A stretch of 64,000 nucleotides of DNA, taken from NCBI GenBank assembly GCA_965207035.1, contig OZ242259.1:742475-806474 (forward strand), written 5' to 3'. Position 1 is the first letter of the stretch, and each line of letters begins with the position of its first letter. The position numbers were made by a program, and so were the translations under genes. Positions 18,524 through 28,182 of this stretch are shown here, piece by piece. The stretch comes from Bryobacterales bacterium (GTDB lineage: Bacteria > Acidobacteriota > Terriglobia > Bryobacterales > UBA6623). The notes below the pieces were generated by a model. That model ran no database searches, had not been told where the DNA came from, and worked only from the letters and a program-made list of their open reading frames with translations.

Positions 18524-19214
18524 CCCAAGCTCAACATTATCGCGTTTACGTTCTGGGTGTTCACGATGACATGCTGGGCGCTCTGGTTCCCCGCCCACTT
18601 CACGACCTGGGGTGATTTCGAGCTCGCGGGACTGAGCACGCCACTGATCCAGTTGATCATGCTGGGGATGGGCGCCACCCTCAGCCTAGGCGACTTCGCT
18701 CGTGTGCTGCGCATGCCGCACGCCGTGCTGGCGGGGATGCTGCTTCAGTTCACGGTCATGCCCTTGCTTGGCTGGAGTATCGCCCTGTCGTTCGGCTTTC
18801 CCGCGGAGATTGCGGCCGGGGTCATTCTGATAGGCTCCTGCTCCGGCGGCGTGGCTTCGAAGTATCTCGATGGCAGCCATCTGTTTCATCCTGGCGATCA
18901 TCGCAGCCGGAGCACGAGAAGAATTGCTGCGCAGCGGAGCACTGTTGCTTGCGGCCGCGCTGCTGCACAACACCGCGGGCTATGGACTGGGTTATTTCGC
19001 TGCCCGGATGTGCAGGCTTCGAGAGATTGACTGTCGAACGGTGGCCTTCGAAGTCGGCATGCAAAACGGCGGCACGGCCGTTGGGCTGGCCGCCACGGTT
19101 CTGAGGAGTCCAGCTGCGGCGCTGGCACCGGCCATCTTCGGTACCTTTATGAATGTGACTGGTTCCGCGCTGGCATCGTGGTGGCGCGACCGTCCGCCCT
19201 CAACACAACTGTGA
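18377..19214 (+). pseudogene. Bile acid:Na+ symporter (BASS/ASBT) family transporter, disrupted by internal deletion plus frameshift
   Basis: The N-terminal part (frame of 18377) ends at the conserved GVILIGSCSGGVAS and then runs into junk. The C-terminal part (ISMAAICFILAIIAAG...LLHNTAGYGLGYF...EVGMQNGGTAVGLA...SALASWW) continues in another frame from about 18861. The TM segment normally lying between these blocks is absent. Confidence 0.7.
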
Positions 19215-20767
19215 ACCTCGATCTCGAAGTCTTCCGTAGCCTGTTCACCTCGATTGCCGAAGAGATGGGCATCGTGCTGCGCCGCACGTCCTTTTCGCCA
19301 AACATCAAGGAGCGACGCGACTATTCGTGCGCGGTCTATGACGGGTCCGGCCAGACCGTGGCGATGGGCGATCACATGCCCGCTCACCTAGGGGCGATGC
19401 CGGCGTCCGTCAGGGCGGTTACGGATGAGTGCGACCCGCTACCCGGCGAGATCTATTTTCTGAACGATCCATTCCGCGGCGGCACCCACCTGCCTGACAT
19501 CACTTCCGTTTCTGCGGTCTGTCCCGAGAACTCGGTGAGGCCTGATTTCTATTTGGCTACCCGAGCGCATCATGCCGATGTGGGCGGCATGGCACCCGGA
19601 TCGATGCCGCTGGCGCAGGAGATCTTTCAGGAAGGACTGCGAATACCTCCCGTCCGATTGGTCCGGGAAGGGCAGTTCGATACCGCGCTCCTGTCGCTGA
19701 TTCTGGCCAATGTACGCACGCCCGATGAACGCTTGGGGGACCTGAGCGCCCAGGTCGCGGCGCACCGAGTGGGCGAGCGGCGGCTGCGCGAAGCGCTTGC
19801 GCGGCATGGCAGAGAACGAATCATCCGGCAGATGGGGGTCTTGCAGGATTATGCCGAATCGGTCATGCGGGCAAGGCTCCAGGCAGTGCCGGACGGTGAG
19901 TGGTGCTTCACCGATTACATCGATGACGACGGATTCGGCGCCGAGGCGATACCGATCCACTGCAAGCTGACGATTCGCGGGTCCGGAGCGGAGGTCGACT
20001 TTCGAGAGTCGGCGGCGCAAACCAGGGGCGGGATCAACGCAAATCGGGCCGTCACGACATCGGCGGTGATGTATGGCTTCCGCTGCTTGGTTTCCGCCGG
20101 GACCCCATACAACTCGGGGATCATGCGCCCAGTGAAGATCCGGAGCCAGCCGGGTAGCGTGTGCGACGCACTCCTGCCTGCGAGCACCGCGGCGGGAAAC
20201 GTCGAGACGTCCCAACGCATCGTAGACGCCCTGCTTGGCGCCTTACGGCAAGCCCTTCCGGACGAGATACCGGCGGGCAGCTCCGGAACCATGAACAACA
20301 TCAGCTTCGGTGGTGCCAAAGAGAATGGACAGGCATTCAGTTACTACGAAACGATAGCCGGAGGCATGGGCGCATCCAGCGACTCGCACGGCATCAGTGG
20401 CGTTCACACCCACATGACGAATAGCCTCAATACCCCGATCGAAGCCTTCGAGCAGCAATATCCAGTGCGAATCCGGCAATACGCGCTGCGCTCAGGGACC
20501 GGCGGGGCAGGCCGTAAGGAAGGCGGGGAGGGTGTCGTCCGGGAGTATGAATTCTTGTCCGATGCGTCCTTGGCCATCCTTTCGGAGAGGCGTGCAACAC
20601 AACCGACTGGTTCTGAAGGCGGAGGGCCGGGAGCATCCGGACGCAACTTCCTCAATGGCGAGAAGATTCCGGCCAAGGGGAATTTCTTCGTTCGGCGTGG
20701 CGACCGTCTGAGGATCGAAACACCTGGAGGCGGCGGCTACTTCTCCAGAACGAAATTGCCGACGTAG
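19178..20767 (+). CDS. hyuB: Hydantoinase B/oxoprolinase family protein
   Basis: 529 aa, HyuB-type (LEVFRSLFTSIAEEMG..., RRDYSCAVYD, GGTHLPD). An alternative GTG start at 19211 forms a GTGA overlap with the stop of the BASS remnant. Confidence 0.85.
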   Translation: MVARPSALNTTVNLDLEVFRSLFTSIAEEMGIVLRRTSFSPNIKERRDYSCAVYDGSGQTVAMGDHMPAHLGAMPASVRAVTDECDPLPGEIYFLNDPFRGGTHLPDITSVSAVCPENSVRPDFYLATRAHHADVGGMAPGSMPLAQEIFQEGLRIPPVRLVREGQFDTALLSLILANVRTPDERLGDLSAQVAAHRVGERRLREALARHGRERIIRQMGVLQDYAESVMRARLQAVPDGEWCFTDYIDDDGFGAEAIPIHCKLTIRGSGAEVDFRESAAQTRGGINANRAVTTSAVMYGFRCLVSAGTPYNSGIMRPVKIRSQPGSVCDALLPASTAAGNVETSQRIVDALLGALRQALPDEIPAGSSGTMNNISFGGAKENGQAFSYYETIAGGMGASSDSHGISGVHTHMTNSLNTPIEAFEQQYPVRIRQYALRSGTGGAGRKEGGEGVVREYEFLSDASLAILSERRATQPTGSEGGGPGASGRNFLNGEKIPAKGNFFVRRGDRLRIETPGGGGYFSRTKLPT

Positions 20768-22314
20768 AGCGCGTCGATCCCAGAAGCATAAAAGCTTCGA
20801 ACTGCGGAGCGCGGATCGTTCACCAGCGGTTCGCCGAAGAGATTGAAGGACGTGTTGTACAGAACCGGTAGCCCGCTCGCCCTGCCTGCCTCCTGAAGCA
20901 GCTCCCAGTAAAGACTATTGTCGCTCCGGCGGACGACGTGCAGCCGGATGCGCTCATCGTCCAGCAACGCCGAGGCGAACGTCTTCCTATGGGCGGGCTT
21001 GACCCGGGCGACCGTCGCCAAGTACCGAGACGCCTGCCGGCTCACAAAGTATTCGTCTGCGGCTTCTTCAGGGACTGACGCAGCAAATTTTCGAAACTTC
21101 TCGCGACGCTTGATATATACGTTCAAATTTTCAGTGGAGTAAGGGTTTAGTGGTGATGCTAGGATGCTGCGATTGCCGAGAGCGCGAGGGCCAAACTCGG
21201 TCCTGCCCTGGAACCACGCGACGATCTGGTTGTCCGACAGCCGCTGGACAGCCGAATCAACGAGTTCGGCGTCAGTGAGAAGGTACTTGAACCGGAGCTT
21301 GCAGTTCTCCAGGACCTGCTTGATTTCCTCGCTATCGTGCATTGGCCCGAGGAACATGTCGCTCATCGGGACCCGCTCCTGCCGCTTGAAGACGACGTGC
21401 CAAGCGTGATAGACGCTTCCGATGGCAGTGCCGGCGTTTCCGGCTGCCGGCTGAACGAACACCTCGCCGAAACGGCCGCTTTCTTCGAGGGCATGGACGA
21501 GCAGTGCATTCATCGCGATCCCCCCCGCAAGGCAAAGGCTGTTTGCCTCGCCCGCGAGCCTGAGTACCGTATCTGCGACGGCCTGGTGGGCACTTGCCGC
21601 CAAGTCACGCTGCGTCTGTGAATCGAATTCTTCCGACGGGTCCAGACCCAACTCCCGATAGAACTTGTCGCTGAACGCCCCGCGCACTTGCCGGGATGGA
21701 TCGAAGTAGCTATGGTCCAAGTTCGGAAGCCGGGCGCCAGCGCCACCCATGATGGTGAAAAACAAGTCCCGATAGAGCGGCCGGCCGGCAAGCGAAAGCC
21801 ACTGGACTTTGTGCTCTTCGCGCCCGGATTGAAAGCCGAGCAGTTCAGTGACCCGGCTGTAGACCACAGCGGGCGAATCTGGCGCGTACAACTCCTCCAC
21901 GGCTTCCAGGGTGGCGCCATTGCCTTGCCAGACAGCACCGCAACGCATGTCGCCGAACCGGTCGAGAGTTAGCACTCTCGCGTCGTTGAACGGCGAGGCG
22001 AAGTACGCGCTTGCGGCGTGAGCGTCGTGGTGATCGGTCACGACGATCCGGGCATTCGTGAAGAGGGTCTTGAGGTGCAAGTGGAAACTGTTGTCGGTCC
22101 GTGAACCCAAAGGTCGCACGAGCGCAACGCAATCGATTTCGGTCGGCCTTGCGGCAACTTGTTTCAGGCAAGCGTCAATGGCGCGGGACGGCAGCCCGCC
22201 TCGATGCGGCTCGCGGGAGACCTTCTCCTCCTCCACCGCCGCGAGAATGCGGCCGTCTCGCATGATTGCAGCGGCCCCGTCATGGAGCCATCCTCCGATT
22301 CCTAGCAACAGCAT
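20737..22314 (-). CDS. Carbamoyltransferase (NodU/CmcH family)
   Basis: 525 aa with N-terminal LGIGGWLHDGAAAIMRDGRILAAVEEEKVSR, typical of NodU/CmcH carbamoyltransferases. Its 3' end overlaps the hyuB 3' end by 31 nt (convergent). Confidence 0.85.
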   Translation of the reverse strand: MLLLGIGGWLHDGAAAIMRDGRILAAVEEEKVSREPHRGGLPSRAIDACLKQVAARPTEIDCVALVRPLGSRTDNSFHLHLKTLFTNARIVVTDHHDAHAASAYFASPFNDARVLTLDRFGDMRCGAVWQGNGATLEAVEELYAPDSPAVVYSRVTELLGFQSGREEHKVQWLSLAGRPLYRDLFFTIMGGAGARLPNLDHSYFDPSRQVRGAFSDKFYRELGLDPSEEFDSQTQRDLAASAHQAVADTVLRLAGEANSLCLAGGIAMNALLVHALEESGRFGEVFVQPAAGNAGTAIGSVYHAWHVVFKRQERVPMSDMFLGPMHDSEEIKQVLENCKLRFKYLLTDAELVDSAVQRLSDNQIVAWFQGRTEFGPRALGNRSILASPLNPYSTENLNVYIKRREKFRKFAASVPEEAADEYFVSRQASRYLATVARVKPAHRKTFASALLDDERIRLHVVRRSDNSLYWELLQEAGRASGLPVLYNTSFNLFGEPLVNDPRSAVRSFYASGIDALYVGNFVLEK

Positions 22315-22337
22315 CGTTCCGAATCGCTTCTCCTTCG

Positions 22338-23777
22338 CTAGACCGCTCGCAAGCGGGCGACAACGCGATCCTTTCCAAGCAGGGTGAACACCCGAAATGC
22401 GCTCGGCCCCACAGGCTGGCCTGTGAGGGCCGCCCGGGATCCGTTGATCAGCAAGCCAGCCTTCACCTCGCGCTCCGCGGAGAGCATGCGAAGTTCATGC
22501 TCGACCGACTGCTCGGTGAAGTCCGGCGCCCTCTCGATCCTGGCAGCCAATTCACGGAGCATGTCACGCACGCCGTCCCTGTCCAGATTCGCGAGGGCCT
22601 TGGGCTCGAAGCCGAAATCATCGTGAAAGTAGGCGCGGCAGCGGACTGGAAACTCGCTCAGGAGATTGAGCCGCGACCGCAGGGCGTCAATTGCTTCGAG
22701 GAACCATTCGCGACGGGCCCCCGAAAACTCGTCGCGCCACCATCCGGACCCGCGGAAGTAGGCTTCCACGTATGGCAGGAGTTGAGCCGGCGGCATCGAT
22801 CGCAGGTGCTGGCCATTGAGCCACACTGCCTTAGGATCCACTTGCGTCTCGCCGGGTTTCTCTCCAACCTGTACCACCGCATTTGTGCGCAGGACATGTT
22901 CGATCCGAAAGGCATCGACGAGTTGCTCTACCGTCAAGACCTCCCGGTTGTCCTTGGGGGACCAGCCGAGCAAGCTCAGGTAGTTCATGAAGCCCGCTGG
23001 CAGGAAACCCATGTCACGGTAGTTCGTGACGCTAACGATCGGCCCGTGCCGACGTTTGGACAGCTTTGACCCGTCTGGTCCGAGCAACAGCGGCAGGTGC
23101 GCGAAAGAGGGCCGATCGAATCCCATTGCCTGCAGCAGCAGAATGTGCTTGAACGTGTTCGTCAGGTGATCTTGACCCCGAATCACGTGGGTGATCCCCA
23201 TTTCGCCGTCATCGACCGTAGACGCCAGGTGATACGTCGGGTGGCCGTTGGCGCGGAGCAGAGCAAAGTCCTCAATGTCCGCGAATCTCCGAAAGTGCTT
23301 GCGGAAGACAAGGTCCTTGAACCCCACGCCGCCCGGCTGTTCGCGTGGGACACGGAACCGAATCACAAACGGTTCGCCGGAAGACGCTCGGCGGTCGCTC
23401 TCGATTGCGCCGAGGTCGCGCATCCCGGGGTTGAACAGCCAAGGGCCACCTTCACCCCGTTCAGCCTCCGCCGCGCCCTCTGCTGTGAAGTCGCGATATG
23501 CCACTCCCTTTGCGAGGAGCGCTTCTGCAGCTCTCACATGGATCGGGCGGCGCTCCGATTGGTAGTGCTGTTCGTCCCACGGCAATTCGAGCCACTCCAA
23601 TCCGTCGAGGATCGAACGGAGTGATTCCTGGGTATTGCGTCCAGCGTCGGTGTCATCGATCCGCAGTACGAGCTGGCCACCTGTGGACCGCGCGAAGAGC
23701 CAGCAAAAGACATACGTCCGGGCGCCGCCGATATGCAGCAATCCAGTCGGCGAGGGCGCAAACCGAACCCGGTTCAT
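22338..23777 (-). CDS. gltX: Glutamate--tRNA ligase
   Basis: Class I signatures are present: PSPTGLLHIGGART (HIGH) and KLSKR (KMSKS). 479 aa. Confidence 0.95.
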   Translation of the reverse strand: MNRVRFAPSPTGLLHIGGARTYVFCWLFARSTGGQLVLRIDDTDAGRNTQESLRSILDGLEWLELPWDEQHYQSERRPIHVRAAEALLAKGVAYRDFTAEGAAEAERGEGGPWLFNPGMRDLGAIESDRRASSGEPFVIRFRVPREQPGGVGFKDLVFRKHFRRFADIEDFALLRANGHPTYHLASTVDDGEMGITHVIRGQDHLTNTFKHILLLQAMGFDRPSFAHLPLLLGPDGSKLSKRRHGPIVSVTNYRDMGFLPAGFMNYLSLLGWSPKDNREVLTVEQLVDAFRIEHVLRTNAVVQVGEKPGETQVDPKAVWLNGQHLRSMPPAQLLPYVEAYFRGSGWWRDEFSGARREWFLEAIDALRSRLNLLSEFPVRCRAYFHDDFGFEPKALANLDRDGVRDMLRELAARIERAPDFTEQSVEHELRMLSAEREVKAGLLINGSRAALTGQPVGPSAFRVFTLLGKDRVVARLRAV

Positions 23778-23856
23778 AGGAGGGACAGTGCGCGCCGGCG
23801 GCGGGTGGATGCCCTTCGAGCGGCGCTTCCGCCAGTATATCTGCTTAGCGAGTGGG

Positions 23857-24888
23857 CTATTCCGGAACTATCACGATCTTGCCGAAATGCTGCTTGGCAG
23901 CCATCCGTTCATGAGCGCCCTGGACGTCGCTGAGAGGAAATACCTGGTCCAAGACTGGCCTCAGCAGGCCGCGCTCAAAGAATCGCAGCAGGTCATAGAG
24001 TTCGCCCATCGTGCCCATGTACGAACCGTGGATGCTGAGATGCTTGGAGAAGAGATGGCCCAGGTTCAATTGGGTTTCGAATCCCGTGGTTGCCCCGCAC
24101 GTAACCAGCCGGCCCTGCCGCGCCAGGGCTGCAGTCGAGTGCCCGAACGTAGCGCGACCCACATGCTCGAAGACCAGGTCCACCCCGCGCCGCCCGGTGA
24201 TTGTCTTGACCTCTTCCTTGATCGACTGTTTGTAGTGGTCGATGACGTGATCGGCGCCAAGCTCCTTGGCCTTCGCCATCTTCTCGTCGCCGCCGGCGGT
24301 CGCGATGACATTGCAGTGATGCAGTTTCGCGATTTGAATCGCTGCGATGCCTACGCCGCTTGACCCGCCGATTACGAGGACGTCTTCCAGCATGCCGATC
24401 TTGGCGATCCCCACGAGCATGTGCCAAGCGGTCAAGAACACCAGCGGAACCGAGGCAGCCTCCTCGTAGGTTAGAGTGCCCGGGACCGGTAGGACGTTGG
24501 CTTCTGGGATCGCAACGTACTCGGCATTCAGCCCGGGGTAAACCGCGCCGAAGAGGCCATAGTCCGGGGCCCAGTTGTCCAAGCCGTGAGCCGTTTGGTA
24601 ACCCGGCGAGAGGGTCCGGCCCGGGGCCACCAAGACGCGGTCGCCCGGCTTGGCTCGGTTGCACAGCTCACCCACTTCCACGATCTCCCCGGACGCATCG
24701 CTGCCGAGGACCCACGGGAAATCCAATCTCAGAGTCGGTAGGCCTCCGCGCACCCAGAGATCGAGGTGGTTGAGGGAGCAGGCACGAACCCGCACCAGTA
24801 CTTCGTTTGCCTTCACGCGGGGAACCGGAGCGTCTTCATAGCGGATCACGTCCGGTCCTCCGCACTCGTGGATTCTGGAAACCTTCAT
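23857..24888 (-). CDS. Zinc-binding/medium-chain dehydrogenase-reductase (quinone oxidoreductase-like)
   Basis: ATG 24888 gives MKVSRIHECGGPDVIRYEDAPVP...LNHLDLWVRGG. The Rossmann motif is VIGGSSGVG. The track extension to 25107 was rejected. Confidence 0.85.
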   Translation of the reverse strand: MKVSRIHECGGPDVIRYEDAPVPRVKANEVLVRVRACSLNHLDLWVRGGLPTLRLDFPWVLGSDASGEIVEVGELCNRAKPGDRVLVAPGRTLSPGYQTAHGLDNWAPDYGLFGAVYPGLNAEYVAIPEANVLPVPGTLTYEEAASVPLVFLTAWHMLVGIAKIGMLEDVLVIGGSSGVGIAAIQIAKLHHCNVIATAGGDEKMAKAKELGADHVIDHYKQSIKEEVKTITGRRGVDLVFEHVGRATFGHSTAALARQGRLVTCGATTGFETQLNLGHLFSKHLSIHGSYMGTMGELYDLLRFFERGLLRPVLDQVFPLSDVQGAHERMAAKQHFGKIVIVPE

Positions 24889-24976
24889 TTTTTGGCGCTG
24901 GCCACGCGGCCGAGCCCCGATTATACCGACGGGCTGCGATTGAACGGCGATCGCCCATTCGTCATGCTGGTATGGG

Positions 24977-26380
24977 ATGCGGGTCGCAGAGCTTGTCCGA
25001 GGAGTGCGAGAGTCGTCACCCGGTTCCAGCGAATTTGCCGACCTCACGCGGGCCCTCGCGGAGAGGGCATTTTCCCAGGACCATCGAGTCGCGAAGGATG
25101 CAACCAACGCGATTTTCGGAGAAATCGTCGAACCTTGGGCGGACTCCTTCGAGCCCGATCTGGCCCAGCGTTACGTCGCGTTCATGTCCGAGACGGTGTA
25201 CGCCCCGGGATCGCCGATTGTATCCAACCTGACGGAACTCGGTTTGCGGACGCCGGGCGAGTTGCGTCGGCGATACCAGCGAGTCCGCCGATTTCCCTTC
25301 GGGCCGTCTTTCGACCCCGATGCTGTTCGCAGGGTTGTCGTGCTCTCAAGAGTTACCCTCGGTGCGGATATTGCCGTCACGGGCACTGTGATCGATGCTG
25401 TTGGGAGTCTTTGCCCGCGCGCCAGCGTGAGCTTCATCGGGCCTGGAAAGAATGCCGACCTGCTTGCGCGCTGCCGGAGCGTGGAATCAAAGATCATTTC
25501 ATACGGTCGTGAGTACACGCTTGCAAGCCGGTTGGCGACGTGGCCTGTCGTCCGCCAGTTGGTGAACGAGTGTATCGCCGGGTTGTCAGATCAGGAGTGG
25601 GTGGTACTCGATCCCGACAGCCGCCTCACGCAGCTCGGTCTCTTGCCCGTGGCGCCTGACGAAGCGTACTACCACTTTGAGAGCCGTTCCTTACCCGTCG
25701 ACAATCCCGCTCCGTTGAGCGAATTGGCGCTGCAGTGGTCGCTAGGCAGACCAGCCCTTTCGGGGCCGCACTTGAGCGACCCTCAATCCCTTGGGCGAGT
25801 GGCAGTCAACGCCAAGTCGCCGGCGGTCGCCCACGAACTGGGTCCGGCCAGCCTTGGACCTGTCGCAGCCGTTAGCTTCGGAGTTGGTGGAAGAGAGTCC
25901 AAGCGGCTCGGCGGTCAGTTCGAGGACGACCTACTCGAGTTGCTCCGGCATACAGGTTTTCGCATCATTCTCGACTACGGTGCCGGCGATGACGAGGAGC
26001 GGCTGACGAACGATCGTGTCCGAGCATTCGCGGGCTCTGTCGGGACCCTCCGCGAACTCGCGGACTGGCGCAAGGGGCCTGCGGTTCTCAATACCTGGAA
26101 GGGGTCTCTCCCCGGCTTCGGTCGCTGGGTGGGCGGAGCGGATGTGTTCATTGGGTACGACTCCGCTGCCGCGCACTTGGCCGCGGCGTTGGCCGTGCCC
26201 GTGATCGAGATTTTCGCGGGAGCACCTTCCGAGCTGATGCGGAAGCGCTGGACGCCCAGCGGGAACAGCCAGACATGGGTAATTCCGGCGGACGGGCCGT
26301 CCGATGTCCCCGCAGTGCTAGGCCTTATTGCGCGGCACCTAGATGATGCCAGACAAATGAGGATATTTCGGGGACACTGA
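24977..26380 (+). CDS. Glycosyltransferase family 9 (heptosyltransferase-like) protein with N-terminal extension
   Basis: The GT9-like core starts at VRRVVVLSRVTLGADIAVTG, with the C-terminal motif FIGYDSAAAHLAAALAVPVIEIFAG. About 105 extra N-terminal residues have no recognisable domain. Confidence 0.65.
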   Translation: MRVAELVRGVRESSPGSSEFADLTRALAERAFSQDHRVAKDATNAIFGEIVEPWADSFEPDLAQRYVAFMSETVYAPGSPIVSNLTELGLRTPGELRRRYQRVRRFPFGPSFDPDAVRRVVVLSRVTLGADIAVTGTVIDAVGSLCPRASVSFIGPGKNADLLARCRSVESKIISYGREYTLASRLATWPVVRQLVNECIAGLSDQEWVVLDPDSRLTQLGLLPVAPDEAYYHFESRSLPVDNPAPLSELALQWSLGRPALSGPHLSDPQSLGRVAVNAKSPAVAHELGPASLGPVAAVSFGVGGRESKRLGGQFEDDLLELLRHTGFRIILDYGAGDDEERLTNDRVRAFAGSVGTLRELADWRKGPAVLNTWKGSLPGFGRWVGGADVFIGYDSAAAHLAAALAVPVIEIFAGAPSELMRKRWTPSGNSQTWVIPADGPSDVPAVLGLIARHLDDARQMRIFRGH

Positions 26381-26491
26381 ACACGGGCGGGGGACGAGGG
26401 GAACCCGAGATCGGCTACGCTGCAACTGCGCCGCTTCAAGCCAAGGCCGCCACTCAGGCACAGCGCAAAATGGGACGAATGACCTCTGGAA

Positions 26492-27571
26492 ATGATTGGA
26501 ATTGACGCGGGAAACAGCCTCGACCGACATCCCACTGGAGTGGCCGTGTATGCCCGCAACGTGATACGCGAACTTGCCCTGGCGCACCCGGATCAGCGGT
26601 TCGGCTGGTACTACCGGAGCAACCGGTACTTACGGTCCTTTGGAACGAAACTGCCCTCGAATGTCTCGCGGCGATTGCTCGAAGAGGCTGTCCTACGCCT
26701 GAGACCAAGCCAGCCATCGCTATTCCACGGCCTGAACCAGCGCCTGCCCAAGAGCCTCGACACGATTAAAGTGGCCACGTTTCACGACTTGTTCGTCATC
26801 ACGGGAGACTACTCAACGCCGGAGTTCCGAGACCGATTTGCCGGCTTGGCCCGAGAGACGGCGAGCCGGGCAGACCACATAATCGCGGTTTCTGAACACA
26901 CGGCTGAACAAATCGTAAAGTTGCTCGGGTTTCCTCGATCCCGAATCTCTGTCGTCCACCACGGCGCGGAAACATTGATTGCGCCGAGCCCGGACCAATG
27001 CGACGCCATCATGCAACGCATGGGAGTGAATCGACCTTACTTGCTGCATGTCGGTTCGTTGCAGGTCCGCAAGAATGTCACCCGTCTCGTCGAAGCCTTC
27101 GAGATCGTCGAGGAGCCGGTCGATCTTGTCCTTGCCGGTGCTCGTGGGTATGGCGCCGATCGAATTGTCGAGCGGGTTCGGAACAGCCCGGCCCGGGCCC
27201 GCATTCATGTGGTCGGGCATGTAGGAGATGTGGTGCGTGCGTGCCTCTACGCCAGAGCCGAGGCCTTGGTGTTTCCTTCACTCGAAGAGGGGTTTGGGCT
27301 TCCCGTGATTGAAGCCTTTGCGGCTGGCCTGCCGGTGATCGCCTCCAACGTTTCTGCCCTGCCGGAAGTCGCGGGAGGAGCTGCGATGTTGGTCGATCCT
27401 CTCCGGCCTGCCGGAATCACGGAAGCTATTCACCGGGTGCTGCGGTGCTCGGCGCTCAGAGCGGACCTCCGCTCTAGGGGGGTGGCGCGGGTCCAGGGCG
27501 TGACCTGGCAGCGGTGTGCGAGAGAAACATGGAGGGTCTACGAGCGTCTCGGTGCGGCCTCCGTGTCGTAG
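26492..27571 (+). CDS. Glycosyltransferase family 4 (GT-B, group 1)
   Basis: 359 aa with the C-terminal EX7E-type region [25 protein letters not shown]. Confidence 0.85.
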   Translation: MIGIDAGNSLDRHPTGVAVYARNVIRELALAHPDQRFGWYYRSNRYLRSFGTKLPSNVSRRLLEEAVLRLRPSQPSLFHGLNQRLPKSLDTIKVATFHDLFVITGDYSTPEFRDRFAGLARETASRADHIIAVSEHTAEQIVKLLGFPRSRISVVHHGAETLIAPSPDQCDAIMQRMGVNRPYLLHVGSLQVRKNVTRLVEAFEIVEEPVDLVLAGARGYGADRIVERVRNSPARARIHVVGHVGDVVRACLYARAEALVFPSLEEGFGLPVIEAFAAGLPVIASNVSALPEVAGGAAMLVDPLRPAGITEAIHRVLRCSALRADLRSRGVARVQGVTWQRCARETWRVYERLGAASVS

Positions 27572-27729
27572 GCATCCGGCTCCCGCTGCGCCGAGGTTGG
27601 CACTGGCAGGATCGCCCGCTCGTTGCGGCAATCCGAAATGCCGTGCGAGAATGCGCGTAGGTTCGGTGGTGAACCGCCATGCCCTTAGCGTCTACGCGAG
27701 GGGAGGCCGCCCCCCGGAAAGGAAGCTAG

Positions 27730-28182
27730 ATGGTGCCGAAACGCGGCTCAAGCAAGGGCAGAGAGGAAACAGAGCGGAAGTCCTCCGGCACTGCCCGGAA
27801 GTCTCCCATCGTCCTCCCCTTGGTCCTTGCCTACTTGGTCCCGGGCGCGGGACATGTCTACTTGAAACGTCACTGGCATGGCCTTGCGCTGCTGGCGGCG
27901 ATTTCCGGCATGTTTTTTTGCGGGATCCTGATGCAGGGCCGAATGTTCGTCCCCACGAGCGGCAACATCTATACCACGATCATGACCTACGGAGGATACA
28001 TCGGCGATCTTTGCAACGGGTTGCTGTACGTCCTGACCGTCGGATTGGGATACGAACAGGAGACCCTGCCAGGAGCCCTCCATGACTACGGTACGAAATT
28101 CATTGTTTGCTCTGGCCTCCTGAACCTGCTGGCAGTGGTGGATGTTTTTGAGATTGTCTCAGGGGAAAAGGCGGAGAGCTGA
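27730..28182 (+). CDS. Hypothetical integral membrane protein
   Basis: 150 aa with SD AAGGAAG upstream and a basic N-terminus. It has 3-4 TM segments and a PGAGHVYLKRHW motif. Confidence 0.6.
   Translation: MVPKRGSSKGREETERKSSGTARKSPIVLPLVLAYLVPGAGHVYLKRHWHGLALLAAISGMFFCGILMQGRMFVPTSGNIYTTIMTYGGYIGDLCNGLLYVLTVGLGYEQETLPGALHDYGTKFIVCSGLLNLLAVVDVFEIVSGEKAES

Noticed and set aside
22266-23069. 267-aa plus-strand ORF over the carbamoyltransferase/gltX junction
   Set aside because: It is antisense to gltX, which carries HIGH/KMSKS signatures, and has no features of its own.
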